DNA of 64,000 nt from the IMG/VR virus record IMGVR_UViG_3300030490_000001; one strand, written 5' to 3'. Origin of the DNA: a virus. A program made the translations under genes and the position numbers. Below are positions 35,825 through 45,388 of this stretch, one piece after another. The notes under the pieces are model-generated. The model saw only the letters and a program-made list of their open reading frames with translations. It did not search any database and was not told the DNA's origin. The first letter of the stretch is position 1, and every line of letters starts with the position of its first letter.

Positions 35825-38701
35825 TCAGTTACCGAAAGGCGTGGGGGCGCCGACGCTAGTGTTAATCGAGAATGGCGATGCGGCCTGCTGCCCATTCGGA
35901 TTCCACAATGTGATGTTGTGGTTGAAGTTGTAGTCCTGGCTTCCGCCAGCTCCTGCCGTACCGGTTGAGCTGGAGCCAGCGTCAGGCATAGGCGTGCCCT
36001 TCAATGCCGCATAGGCGCTCTTGATACCAGAGGCATACGACGGATCTTCCGCCCACTTTCCAGCCATCAGGCCTGAGGTGAATTTATCGATGTCGTTGCC
36101 CGCACCTACCGCTCCAGGGTCCATGCGATTGAGCGTCGAGACGTAGTCCTTAGCGGCATCGGACTGGCCACTGTATGCCTTGAACTGAGTGGTGTATTTA
36201 GAGCCATCAGCATGCGTATCGCCGCGCGTTACCGTGGCGCCCATCCAGTTCGTGCTTTTCTGGATGTTGAATGGGTTGTTGCCCACTTCACTACGGCCCC
36301 AGCCTGTTTCCTTCGCGAGCTGCGCGAGGATCATGTCCGGGTCATTGCCGGTCTGCGTCGATATCTGCGCCGCCATGCCTGCGTACTTCGTGCGGAATGC
36401 AGCCATGACGGCACCGCTTGGTGGCGCCCCACCACCGCCGCCCGTACCAGTTCCTCCGCCACCACTGGCGCTACTCGTCCATCCAGGCGCTGCGGGTGAA
36501 CTACCCGTGGCTGCAGCTGCAGTCTTATCGGTCGGGTACATCTCGGCATTGAGCTTTGACATCGCAATGCTTTGCTGTAGATCGGCATTGCTAGTGGCTA
36601 CGGCAATAGCAGCCTTATTCTTGGCGCCAATGCTAGGGTCCTCGTCGCCGAGATTACGAACGCCAGCGACATGCGCTACGCCATAAAGGTGCTGCGATTC
36701 AGCATCGGAGACGGTAGCATCGCGCTTCTTTTTTATTTCGTCCGCTCGCGCATCGTAGATGGACTTATGGATATCATCGGAGCTCATCTTGCCGCGATCG
36801 CCGAAGGCATACAGCAGGATCTCGCGCATGTCGTTCAGTGGCGAAATCATCTTCGCCGCCGCATCCGTCATATCCTTGTCGAGATCCTGGATAGTTTTGC
36901 GGGTCTGCTCGCCATCGGTCTCCGGCTGTCCGTACTTGGAATAATCCTTGAGCAACTCGCCGCGCAGATCCTCCGTGCTTCCGCTTTGGCCGGCCTTGTC
37001 GAGGCTCGCTCGCTCACCCTCGTTCAGCTTCCCCCAGATGTCTTTCGACATGCCGCCGAGGTCGCTTCGGCTGCCGAGCTGGATCTGCGCAAGCGAACTG
37101 ATAGACGTTGGGTTGAGCTTGGATGGGTCGATGCCCGCCCTGGTCAGGGCGTTCATGACGTCACCCATCTGCTCGGGCTTCATTCCGTCGAGAAAAGCGG
37201 CCTGGTTGGTGTTGACGCCGAACAGGTTCGACATTGCGCTGAGGCGCAGCTCGGGGCTTTTCGCGTAGGTGTTGTGCAGCCCGCTCATGATCATCGACAT
37301 GGACGTAGCATTGGAGTCTGACGCCGATCCAGGGATGCTGACGCCGTTCTGTGCTGCCCACTTAGCCATCACGGAGCCTGACCCGAATTCCTGTGCGCCG
37401 GTGCCGAATGCTCCCTGCTCACGCAATGCGGCGCCCATAATAGGGTCAAGGCCGAGCTTGCGCCCGACCGTAGTATACATGAAGTTCTGACCCGCCTCGC
37501 CTGCGCTACCTCCACTGGCGATGGAGCTATTCACGCGCGATAGGAGGCCAGCCGCGCCCATCACGTCCATGCCTGGCACGTGTGCGCCCACCATGCCGGA
37601 AAGCGTCGCTGTGTAGTCGCCTACGTTCGCCGACGACAGGCCCATACGCGTCTGCTGCGTCGTGTATGACGCGATCGCCTGGAGCATCTCGTCGGACTTG
37701 GCGAATGCACCTGACTTGGCGATGGCCTCTCCTACGTACAAGGCTAGTCGCTGACTGTCCCGATCATTGCTGGTGACGCCGAACTGACGCATCTGGGCAA
37801 AGAACGCATTGGACTGCTCAGGGTCCATACCGAACGATCGTCCGAAGCCGCCGCCGACAGCCACCTCTTGCGCGAGCGATCCCTCGGCATTCTTGCCGGA
37901 CATGCCGGAGATACGCGCGAACTCTCCGCCCATCTTGAGGGTCTGCTGATAAGTACCGTCGAACGCATCCGAGGCGGTATGCATACTCTTTTGCAGAACG
38001 CTAAAGCTGACGTTTACGTCGCCCAGTTGGCGCTTTAGCGTGTCGTATCCGATGGAGTCGTTCTGCGCATCGCCGATCTTGCTCATAACGCCGCCGACCA
38101 GCTTGCCGACGCCTAGCGCGACGACGCCACCGATCAGGCCAGCGACGCCCGCCATGACGCCACCGGATATGCCGGCTCCAACCGCCTCATCAGCGGCACC
38201 TCCTACAGGGCCCGCGGCCTTGAGGCCGGAGCCGACGATCTTCCGTCCGGCTTTGGCCCATGCGCTCCCTCCACCGCTAGGAGCTGAAGGCGCGCTTCCA
38301 TCACCGCCGCTGCCTCCACCTTTCCCTGGGGCCGGAGCGCCTTGCGTGAAGGATGCGCCCGTACCGCCCACGATGCGATTGAACGCGCCATAGCGACGTG
38401 CCTCGCGCGACACGCCATTCGACGAGATCGCATTCCAGTCAAGGTCAAAGAACGACTTTTTACCCTGCCCTGTACGGTTGATGTCCGATCCGAGCGGTGA
38501 TGTTCGCTTGAGCTTATCGAATTCCGTCTGGACGCGTTTTAGGTCATCGAGCGTGGCCTTACCGATCGGGTTGAACTTGACCTTGTTCGCCTGAGCGATG
38601 GACGCGCCGAGCGAGTTGATTTTCTGCGTTAGCTGTTTGAGCTCCGCATCAAGGTCTGCGGCATTAAGTTTTGCCTCGACTGGAATTTCAACGCGCGTCA
38701 T
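35825..38701 (-). CDS. tail tape measure protein with a C-terminal glucosaminidase/lysozyme-like domain
   Basis: 958 aa with long helical and Gly-rich regions. ILAQLAKETGWGRSEVGNNPFNIQ resembles FlgJ/mannosyl-glycoprotein endo-beta-N-acetylglucosaminidase domains. It lies downstream of the chaperone pair. Confidence 0.85.
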   Translation of the reverse strand: MTRVEIPVEAKLNAADLDAELKQLTQKINSLGASIAQANKVKFNPIGKATLDDLKRVQTEFDKLKRTSPLGSDINRTGQGKKSFFDLDWNAISSNGVSREARRYGAFNRIVGGTGASFTQGAPAPGKGGGSGGDGSAPSAPSGGGSAWAKAGRKIVGSGLKAAGPVGGAADEAVGAGISGGVMAGVAGLIGGVVALGVGKLVGGVMSKIGDAQNDSIGYDTLKRQLGDVNVSFSVLQKSMHTASDAFDGTYQQTLKMGGEFARISGMSGKNAEGSLAQEVAVGGGFGRSFGMDPEQSNAFFAQMRQFGVTSNDRDSQRLALYVGEAIAKSGAFAKSDEMLQAIASYTTQQTRMGLSSANVGDYTATLSGMVGAHVPGMDVMGAAGLLSRVNSSIASGGSAGEAGQNFMYTTVGRKLGLDPIMGAALREQGAFGTGAQEFGSGSVMAKWAAQNGVSIPGSASDSNATSMSMIMSGLHNTYAKSPELRLSAMSNLFGVNTNQAAFLDGMKPEQMGDVMNALTRAGIDPSKLNPTSISSLAQIQLGSRSDLGGMSKDIWGKLNEGERASLDKAGQSGSTEDLRGELLKDYSKYGQPETDGEQTRKTIQDLDKDMTDAAAKMISPLNDMREILLYAFGDRGKMSSDDIHKSIYDARADEIKKKRDATVSDAESQHLYGVAHVAGVRNLGDEDPSIGAKNKAAIAVATSNADLQQSIAMSKLNAEMYPTDKTAAAATGSSPAAPGWTSSASGGGGTGTGGGGGAPPSGAVMAAFRTKYAGMAAQISTQTGNDPDMILAQLAKETGWGRSEVGNNPFNIQKSTNWMGATVTRGDTHADGSKYTTQFKAYSGQSDAAKDYVSTLNRMDPGAVGAGNDIDKFTSGLMAGKWAEDPSYASGIKSAYAALKGTPMPDAGSSSTGTAGAGGSQDYNFNHNITLWNPNGQQAASPFSINTSVGAPTPFGN

Positions 38702-38707
38702 GTTCCG

Positions 38708-39112
38708 TCACTGCCTGTGCTCGATGATCGTTTCCCATTCGTCGTCGGCCTTGGTTTTGCTGGCGACGGGTGGATTGCTTACTGGTGGTGCTATCGGGGT
38801 CTTCCCCGCATCTGCGGATGCAGAACGTTCCGCCGCTTCTGCCTCCTCATTGATCCGGCGGAACTCCGCTTGTGCGTCGAACTCGTAGTCCTCGAACTCC
38901 TCAGTGACCTTGCCGGTGTCGTATTGGTGAGCCCAGAACTCGGTCTGGATCTGCTCGGGCGTGCAATCGAGGAAGCGCGGATCAGTAGGCGCGAGGTTGT
39001 ATTTTTTGCGGAACCAAAACTCAAGCGTTTCCTTGAGCGCTCGCCCCGCTTTCTTCACCCTGACTTTCTGGTTTTCGGCGAAAAGACGCCTCCTTGGCGC
39101 GTAGTGCGCCAT
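38708..39112 (-). CDS. tail assembly chaperone, downstream overlapping frame
   Basis: 134-aa acidic ORF that overlaps the upstream chaperone ORF by 92 nt. It is in the +1 (equivalently -2) frame relative to that ORF and has its own ATG. Confidence 0.5.
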   Translation of the reverse strand: MAHYAPRRRLFAENQKVRVKKAGRALKETLEFWFRKKYNLAPTDPRFLDCTPEQIQTEFWAHQYDTGKVTEEFEDYEFDAQAEFRRINEEAEAAERSASADAGKTPIAPPVSNPPVASKTKADDEWETIIEHRQ

Positions 39113-39392
39113 GCACCCTGATCAGACGCTGGTACGTCTCATCGTCTTCCGGGTCCATCAAGTCGAGGTCGAGCGTCCAGCCGCTCGGCGCGTAAACGGT
39201 CAGGGTCTTGAGCTGCGCAATCCAGCCGGCGACGTTGTCTAGCCATGCAGTCGGCACATCGACGCCCTCGGTCATGCGCGAGTATTCGGCGGCAATAGCC
39301 ATTTCTTCACGCATGCGCCGGCGCATGAAGGTGAAAGTGCCGATGCCTTCAACGGTGACTTGGTAATCGGTGGGCAGTGGTTGGCGTGCCAT
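39021..39392 (-). CDS. tail assembly chaperone (gpG-like)
   Basis: 123 aa, in the canonical position between the tube and tape measure genes. Confidence 0.55.
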   Translation of the reverse strand: MARQPLPTDYQVTVEGIGTFTFMRRRMREEMAIAAEYSRMTEGVDVPTAWLDNVAGWIAQLKTLTVYAPSGWTLDLDLMDPEDDETYQRLIRVHGALRAKEASFRRKPESQGEESGASAQGNA

Positions 39393-39407
39393 TCTTGTTA
39401 TCTCCGG

Positions 39408-39438
39408 TCAAAAAGAAGGGGCGCCCGAGGGCGCCCCT
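39408..39438 (-). terminator. hairpin plus T-run after the tube gene
   Basis: AGGGGCGCC cgag GGCGCCCCT forms a 9-bp stem, followed on the minus strand by TCTTTTT. Confidence 0.65.
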
Positions 39439-39460
39439 TGCCTGTAGTGCATTAGCCTAA

Positions 39461-39470
39461 TGTCACGATT
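39461..39470 (-). promoter_or_regulatory. TCGTGAC-core motif site 11 (variant AATCGTGACA)
   Basis: Reads tctAATCGTGACAttagg. It overlaps the tube gene stop codon. The terminator hairpin follows, then ATG 39392. Confidence 0.5.
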
Positions 39471-39906
39471 AGATCGCGGTGCCCGATGTATCCAGTGCGT
39501 TCAATGTGCCGGAGTTCATGAGGATCGCGTGCTTGCTGATCTCCGTGTCACCCGATGCATACGAACAGCCGATGTACTTGCGCAGCAGCGCGCCCGAGTC
39601 CTTGGAGTAGGACTCGATATCGAACACGAGGCCCTGCAGCACCGCGTCGCCGTTCTCAGGGAAAACGCCGACCTGACGCAGCGAGTTGTTGAACAGCACC
39701 ATGCCGCTTACGCTCAGGGAGTGACGCGCCATGGTAGGCACGTACTCCTGTACGTGGATATCGCCGATGCCGCTGGCGGGATCCGGCGCGTAGTCGTCTG
39801 ACATACGCAACGACTGAATCAGGCCAACCTGCACGCCGCCGAACGTCACGATGACTCGGTTGCCTGACTGGGCGACGAGGTTGGTTTGAGTCTGCATTCC
39901 TGCCAT
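39469..39906 (-). CDS. tail tube protein
   Basis: 145 aa, directly downstream of the sheath-sized gene and upstream of the chaperones and tape measure. Confidence 0.65.
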   Translation of the reverse strand: MAGMQTQTNLVAQSGNRVIVTFGGVQVGLIQSLRMSDDYAPDPASGIGDIHVQEYVPTMARHSLSVSGMVLFNNSLRQVGVFPENGDAVLQGLVFDIESYSKDSGALLRKYIGCSYASGDTEISKHAILMNSGTLNALDTSGTAI

Positions 39907-39920
39907 TTCCTTCTACTCCT

Positions 39921-41660
39921 TTAGCTCGACGCGGCCACCGATGACGCACTGCCGGAGTACGGCACTACGAACACGGTCACAGCGATGTAGTTGGCGGGGA
40001 TCACCGGGGAGCACTGGAACGACACGGCGATGACGTCGCCCTGACCCTGCGCGGTGATGTTCTTGTACGCCGGGCTGTTCGCGTCACCGACGATCGTTCC
40101 CGGACCAAGGGGAAGCGGCTTCGCCAACTGCTTGAGCTGCGTCTCGGTCTTACTGACGGCCAGGCCAAGGGTGATCGGGGTGACGCCCTTGCCGCGCAGC
40201 GGGTCCAGTGCGTTACGGACGTTACGGACGGTGAAATCCACGGCCGCGCCGGTCGACTGCTCGCGTCGGTTGTAGTTCGTGTTGTTCAGCCAGGTGCTGA
40301 TCGACTGCACGACCTTATAGATGCCACCCTCGCGATCCACCGGCAACACGCCAGCCAGCAGCAGCGGATCGGTGTCGGTCGGGTTCTGCAGGTAACGCTC
40401 CAGTCCGCTCACGTCGATCGACAGGTTCGTCAGTGCAACGCCAGGACTCACTGCCGAGAACATCGCGGCAAGAATCGCGGCAGTCAGGTACGGCGAATAC
40501 AACTGCAGGCCGTTGAGCTGGCCGGTCAGGTCGTAGTCGTAATAGCCCAGATGCACCAGGGACGTTCGGTCGCTGTTGATGTCCTGAGCGGCCGTCTCAG
40601 CGAGAGCATCAGTCGTGCCCAAGACCGTGCCGCAGATCGAACGACGCTCCATGCGGCCAACGGTAGACATGTACTGCACATGCGCGTCGGTCATCGCAGC
40701 GATGGCCGGGTCACCCGAGATTGGCGTGATCCACTGCACGTCCTCAACTTCCAGTGTAGTGAATGCCTCGGACCAATCGAGGTTGGTTGTCACGCCATCG
40801 GAGCCACCCGTCAGGTACGTGAAATTGATCAGCGCAGGAGACAGCTGGGCTGTATCGGGGCGCGTCGCACTCACGAAGCTCTGCGATGTGCCGTTGAACC
40901 AATTAACCAGCGCCTGCAGGTTAGCAGTGGCCGTATAGATGGACGTCTTGATGTCCTGACTGGTCAATCCGTCCAGGCCGTTGAGAGCCGGTGAATCGGC
41001 GCCTCCTGGCGACACGGATGCGGCGAAGCCGGGGATCACGTTGATCGCATCCACAAGCTGCTGAACGGTGCTGAACTGCGTCAGGTCGATCGTCTCTACG
41101 ATGGTTCCGGTGGGAGCCTGCAGTTCGACCGCGTTGTTCGTCACGGTCATTGATGCGGATGCCAGTCCGCCGCTGTACTGCACGGTGAACGCGTTCTGCG
41201 TGATGTTGTCCTGCGTCACGTAGCTGTTGCCGTACTGCACGGTCGCAGCCAGCCCAGTAAGCGAGCCAGGCGCAAGCTTGACCTTGATCTGGTTGTTCCA
41301 CTTACCCCAGTCTTGCGAGGTCAGCGCGATCGCAGTAGCGCCGGTCGAGTCGAGCAGATTCAGGGCTGCCTGTAGCGCCGGGTTCACGCGCACGCATGTG
41401 ACGGTGCCGGGGCCGTTGGTGTCGGTGCTCGGCGCGAACGCCTTCATGACGGCCGTCAGCAACTCACCGCTCTGCAGTGTGGCCTGGGCCTCACTCGTGC
41501 TGCCGAAAGAAAGCAGTACGTTCGGCTCGCCGCCCGTGGACTCGCCCACGTAGCAGACGGTATTACCGACGCTCAGGTTCTGATTAGCCATCGCCGAGTC
41601 GTTGACCTGCGACATGGTCGCGGGACTGACCCATAGACGGCCGTTGAAAAAATATGACAT
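39921..41660 (-). CDS. contractile tail sheath protein
   Basis: 579 aa. The call rests on its size and its position immediately upstream of the tube gene. Confidence 0.65.
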   Translation of the reverse strand: MSYFFNGRLWVSPATMSQVNDSAMANQNLSVGNTVCYVGESTGGEPNVLLSFGSTSEAQATLQSGELLTAVMKAFAPSTDTNGPGTVTCVRVNPALQAALNLLDSTGATAIALTSQDWGKWNNQIKVKLAPGSLTGLAATVQYGNSYVTQDNITQNAFTVQYSGGLASASMTVTNNAVELQAPTGTIVETIDLTQFSTVQQLVDAINVIPGFAASVSPGGADSPALNGLDGLTSQDIKTSIYTATANLQALVNWFNGTSQSFVSATRPDTAQLSPALINFTYLTGGSDGVTTNLDWSEAFTTLEVEDVQWITPISGDPAIAAMTDAHVQYMSTVGRMERRSICGTVLGTTDALAETAAQDINSDRTSLVHLGYYDYDLTGQLNGLQLYSPYLTAAILAAMFSAVSPGVALTNLSIDVSGLERYLQNPTDTDPLLLAGVLPVDREGGIYKVVQSISTWLNNTNYNRREQSTGAAVDFTVRNVRNALDPLRGKGVTPITLGLAVSKTETQLKQLAKPLPLGPGTIVGDANSPAYKNITAQGQGDVIAVSFQCSPVIPANYIAVTVFVVPYSGSASSVAASS

Positions 41661-41677
41661 GTCCTTATCCCTCAGCC

Positions 41678-41932
41678 TTACTTGGTTACTTTCTTGGCCG
41701 GGTAGTGCTTCTTGGGAGACCCACCGGCAAATGCCGTGAGCGCTTCCTTGAATGCAGCCTCGGTGCTCTTGATGTTTCCGGCCTTGCGCTGTGCGTACGC
41801 AAAGCCGTGAATCAACGCGATACGGCCGTCGACTTTCTTGCTCGACATGCGAGTGCAGAATTCGTCGAGGGTCATCTCGATGGGTGGAGCCGGGGTCGTG
41901 TTAGCGACGGCGGCCGTTTCGGTTTTTGCCAT
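41678..41932 (-). CDS. small basic hypothetical protein
   Basis: ORF trimmed to ATG 41932 (MAKTETAAV..), which has GAGAGG upstream. Confidence 0.45.
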   Translation of the reverse strand: MAKTETAAVANTTPAPPIEMTLDEFCTRMSSKKVDGRIALIHGFAYAQRKAGNIKSTEAAFKEALTAFAGGSPKKHYPAKKVTK

Positions 41933-41942
41933 GACTTTCCTC

Positions 41943-42779
41943 TCAGTTAATCGCGGTGCCGGTGACCGTGATATCGGTGAACGTGGCCTGCTGATCACCA
42001 ACGATCACCGGGGCCATGCATGTAAAAGTGCCGAGGGACTGATAGACATTCGCGGGGTATTCGCCGCTGATGGCATCTACGTCCTGTTGGGAAAATTCGA
42101 TCTCAACCATTCCGCTCGCGTCGAACACGGGAAGGTTTGCTACCATCAGGCGGCGCAGCACTTTGCGAATCGCGATGCGCTCGTCGGGGTTCTGCGTCCA
42201 GCCGATAACAGCGAGCTGCACTCGTGCGAGCCAGCCATTGCTCGTATCCCATAGCGATGGGTTTTCGAGATCCTGGTGATCACCGATCAAGAGCTCACCG
42301 ATCGCGCGCTCAGACGGCGCCTCACTAAGCAGATGGACTGTCACGACCGGGAAGCGAGTGTCCTGGAACACCGGTGGCGCGCTAAGCACCTGGATCACGC
42401 CGGAGTTCGCGACGAGCGACTTGGCGGACAGCTCATTGGCGATGCCAACCGTCAAGCGCTCAAGCACGACGGACATGGCATCGGTACTGGAGTCCTGGTA
42501 GGTGACTTCCGGGACCGCACTAATCGGCGCATCAGACGTCCACGTAGTGCCGTCCCAGTAGAACGGGCAGTAGTAGTACGTCGTGCCGTTGGTCAGGCCG
42601 GAGAAGTCGAGTGCGGAGACATTCTTGCCGGTGTAGACGACCTGCGACGCCGGATCAGTGACGCCAGGGAATTCTCCTGTCGTGTTGCGCAGAATCGTCC
42701 AATAGACCGATCCACACGGAGGACCAAGGATCACCCGAATGGCATTGCCAACTGATAGCGGTTCAAGCATTACGATCAT
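41943..42779 (-). CDS. virion neck / tail-completion-region protein
   Basis: ORF trimmed to ATG 42779 (MIVMLEP..). This keeps motif site 12 and the divergent 42840 start in non-coding DNA. ATG 42770 and GTG 42839 are alternative starts. Confidence 0.5.
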   Translation of the reverse strand: MIVMLEPLSVGNAIRVILGPPCGSVYWTILRNTTGEFPGVTDPASQVVYTGKNVSALDFSGLTNGTTYYYCPFYWDGTTWTSDAPISAVPEVTYQDSSTDAMSVVLERLTVGIANELSAKSLVANSGVIQVLSAPPVFQDTRFPVVTVHLLSEAPSERAIGELLIGDHQDLENPSLWDTSNGWLARVQLAVIGWTQNPDERIAIRKVLRRLMVANLPVFDASGMVEIEFSQQDVDAISGEYPANVYQSLGTFTCMAPVIVGDQQATFTDITVTGTAIN

Positions 42780-42793
42780 GCACACAATGATCG

Positions 42794-42803
42794 CGTCACG
42801 ACT
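42794..42803 (-). promoter_or_regulatory. TCGTGAC-core motif site 12
   Basis: Reads caaaaaaaAGTCGTGACGcgatc. There are 14 nt to ATG 42779. It lies in the 60-nt divergent gap shared with the plus-strand gene 42840. Confidence 0.55.
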
Positions 42804-42839
42804 TTTTTTTGAATCGGTCGTGAAGGTAAAGTCACTCAC

Positions 42840-43619
42840 ATGGCAGACTTCAAAATCTCCGTCGACCTGTCCGGCATAGCCGGTGCAGCGGCATCAATCG
42901 TCAATGAGCGCGTCTTTCCGCTGCTCACGCAAGCCGTGCGCGCAGTAGCGCAGCAGACGGCGATCAGTTGGATCGATGGCATCCAGCGTGCCAACCTATG
43001 GAACGTTGAAAAGCAGCAGTACGCTGGGTCGGTCAATGCTGTGATGACCGGGCCGTTTTCGGCCATGGTCTCGTCGGACTATGACAAGGCTGAGGAGATC
43101 GAAAACGGACGGCCGCCGCGTGACCTGAAAACGATGCTGAACACCAGCCTCAAGGTCCGCATCAGCAAGAAGGGCCGGCGCTACATGTACATCCCATTTC
43201 GGCACAACACGCCAGGCAATGAGGCTAGTGGCAATGCGATGCCGCCGGACGTATACGCGGTGGCGAAAGCCATGACGCCGTCGTCGATCACGGGACAGAC
43301 GACGCGCCTGTCCGGCACCGGCGCGTATGACATGAAGACCCAGCAACGCCTGACCGTGCCCCAGAACACATATTCATGGGGAGAGAAAATCAACGTTCCT
43401 GGCGCGGCAAAGAACCTGCAGGGTATGTACCGGTTCGACACCAGCTCCGGCAGCTCGAAGTCGAGCAGTTACCTCACGTTCCGCACGATGGCCGAGGGAT
43501 CACCCGGTTGGATCGTGCCGGCTCAGCCGGGTCTAGATATCGCCAAGAACATCGCCCTCGACATGCAGCCAGTCGCCGAAAAGGCTTTCGGCGAGGCCAT
43601 TGCGCGGACACTCGGTTAA
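42840..43619 (+). CDS. hypothetical virion-module protein encoded on the opposite strand
   Basis: 259-aa ORF with protein-like composition. It is the only plus-strand gene inside the 22-57 kb late region, and its stop overlaps the stop of the convergent gene by 4 nt. Confidence 0.5.
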   Translation: MADFKISVDLSGIAGAAASIVNERVFPLLTQAVRAVAQQTAISWIDGIQRANLWNVEKQQYAGSVNAVMTGPFSAMVSSDYDKAEEIENGRPPRDLKTMLNTSLKVRISKKGRRYMYIPFRHNTPGNEASGNAMPPDVYAVAKAMTPSSITGQTTRLSGTGAYDMKTQQRLTVPQNTYSWGEKINVPGAAKNLQGMYRFDTSSGSSKSSSYLTFRTMAEGSPGWIVPAQPGLDIAKNIALDMQPVAEKAFGEAIARTLG

Positions 43620-44263
43620 AGCTGGCGTCCGAACAGGTCGAACTTGCGCAGCACTACGCGCTTGGGTAGCTGTGCGCCGAAATGCTCATTGCGGTTCTGC
43701 GGGTAGTTTCCCCACACGAAATACTCGACCAGCGCGGTCCCGCTGATGGAATACTGCGTGCCTGACGGCGGCGCACCCGCTACCGGCCAGGTGAGTACGC
43801 CATTCGTACCGACAGTCGGCACAGCGGTTCCATCCACGATGTTGCCGTTGACGTCTAGCCAGAACACGCGCGTGAACTGCGTTACCTGCATGTGGATGCG
43901 CTCCAGCGTGCTTCCGGAGGTGAGCTGTAGAGAGAATGCTTCCATCGCGTTTAGCATAGTCACGCGGTCGAACTCACCGGCCGCGTACATGGACGACATC
44001 TGCGGGATTGTTACGACCACGTCGCCGCTCTGCCACTGGCCGAACTGCGACCACTCGCGCTGCACCTTTTGATTGGCGACACCGGCGGGTGCTAGCACTG
44101 GGTTGTTCCAGATGACGCCAGCGCCAGCGCACTGCGGGCACGACGGATTGGCCGCGCCGCTCTGCGGGTTGAAGCACGGGCACCGGTATGACCGGCGCCA
44201 GTTGAAGTTCTGGCCGATGTTGCCGCCAAGAAATGCGTTGAATGCCGCTGGATTTAGGCGCAT
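43616..44263 (-). CDS. head-tail joining region protein with a zinc ribbon (CPC..CPQC)
   Basis: 215 aa, between the capsid and tail modules. Confidence 0.5.
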   Translation of the reverse strand: MRLNPAAFNAFLGGNIGQNFNWRRSYRCPCFNPQSGAANPSCPQCAGAGVIWNNPVLAPAGVANQKVQREWSQFGQWQSGDVVVTIPQMSSMYAAGEFDRVTMLNAMEAFSLQLTSGSTLERIHMQVTQFTRVFWLDVNGNIVDGTAVPTVGTNGVLTWPVAGAPPSGTQYSISGTALVEYFVWGNYPQNRNEHFGAQLPKRVVLRKFDLFGRQL

Positions 44264-44264
44264 A

Positions 44265-45377
44265 TCAGCCGCACACCACTACAGATCGGATGCCATGGAT
44301 CTGCGCCATCAGTCCGCCATTCTGACCCTTGGGTCCGTTGATGATCGTATCGATGATATCGTTGTACTTGAGAAGGTCCACGCTCAGCGACTGCGACAGG
44401 CCATCGGCGCTGATCGAGCCGGACTGAGGCAGAAACGCATCCTGGACAATCAGCAGGATTGCCTTTTTCTTAATCACGTCGATCAGGTCCGGGTATTCCT
44501 TCCACGCGTTGGCGATACCGGCCACATACGTGAGCTGGATCATCTGCGGTACGACACGGCCGGAGCTTGCCGCCGATATCATGAAGGCCGCCAGCGGGAA
44601 CCCTATCGTCATCGATGTTGGGACGAGTCGGATCTCGCCGTACTTCGAGTCGATGCGCAGCCAGTCGATCGGCACATTAAAGAGTCCATCCACCGGTGAT
44701 GGGTAGACGTACTCCATCTGCTGTACGGACTGGATCGGGCGATTGTTCGTCTTGATGAATCCCCATTTGTCACCCTCGAATGCGGTCGGGTCGCTGTCGT
44801 ATGGTGGATCGATGCGCCATGGCATGTTGGCCGGGAGCGAGGCGATCTGGTCCGGCGTCGGCTGGGACGGGAAAAACTGCGTAGGAACGAACGGCACGCG
44901 CAGCATGTGCTCGATTGACGCCTCACCGGCGAGCACCTTGCTCCAGATGTAATCGTCGGTGAGCTGAACGGTCGGGAACAGGCTCATCGCGAGCAGGACC
45001 AGCGCATTCTTGCGCAACTCGTCGACGACAAAATCCTTGACGAATAGCTGCGATCGCTCAGGCACATTGACCTGCTCGATGTCCACCCAGAAGCGCTTGA
45101 CGACAAACGACTTCGTGCTCGTTAGCACCAGCATGGCGCCGCCGGGCGGCAGTGCATTCACATCTGCTTGAGCGAACTGCACAGCTACGGTTCCAGTGAT
45201 CCAGTTCGCGCCAGCCGATGTCGCGAGACATGAAACCTGTGCCGCGAGGGACGTCTTCCCATCCGGCGTGAAAAGCTGTGCAGTTATCGTGGCGCCTGGA
45301 TCGATTGGAACCAGCTGCCCGTTGAACTCGACCGCTACGGTGATGGGATCGGTCTGCCCTACAAAAATCGTTGTCAT
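44265..45377 (-). CDS. head-tail joining region structural protein
   Basis: ORF trimmed to ATG 45377 (MTTIFVG..). This keeps the upstream terminator hairpin non-coding. Confidence 0.55.
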   Translation of the reverse strand: MTTIFVGQTDPITVAVEFNGQLVPIDPGATITAQLFTPDGKTSLAAQVSCLATSAGANWITGTVAVQFAQADVNALPPGGAMLVLTSTKSFVVKRFWVDIEQVNVPERSQLFVKDFVVDELRKNALVLLAMSLFPTVQLTDDYIWSKVLAGEASIEHMLRVPFVPTQFFPSQPTPDQIASLPANMPWRIDPPYDSDPTAFEGDKWGFIKTNNRPIQSVQQMEYVYPSPVDGLFNVPIDWLRIDSKYGEIRLVPTSMTIGFPLAAFMISAASSGRVVPQMIQLTYVAGIANAWKEYPDLIDVIKKKAILLIVQDAFLPQSGSISADGLSQSLSVDLLKYNDIIDTIINGPKGQNGGLMAQIHGIRSVVVCG

Positions 45378-45388
45378 GGATATAGCCT

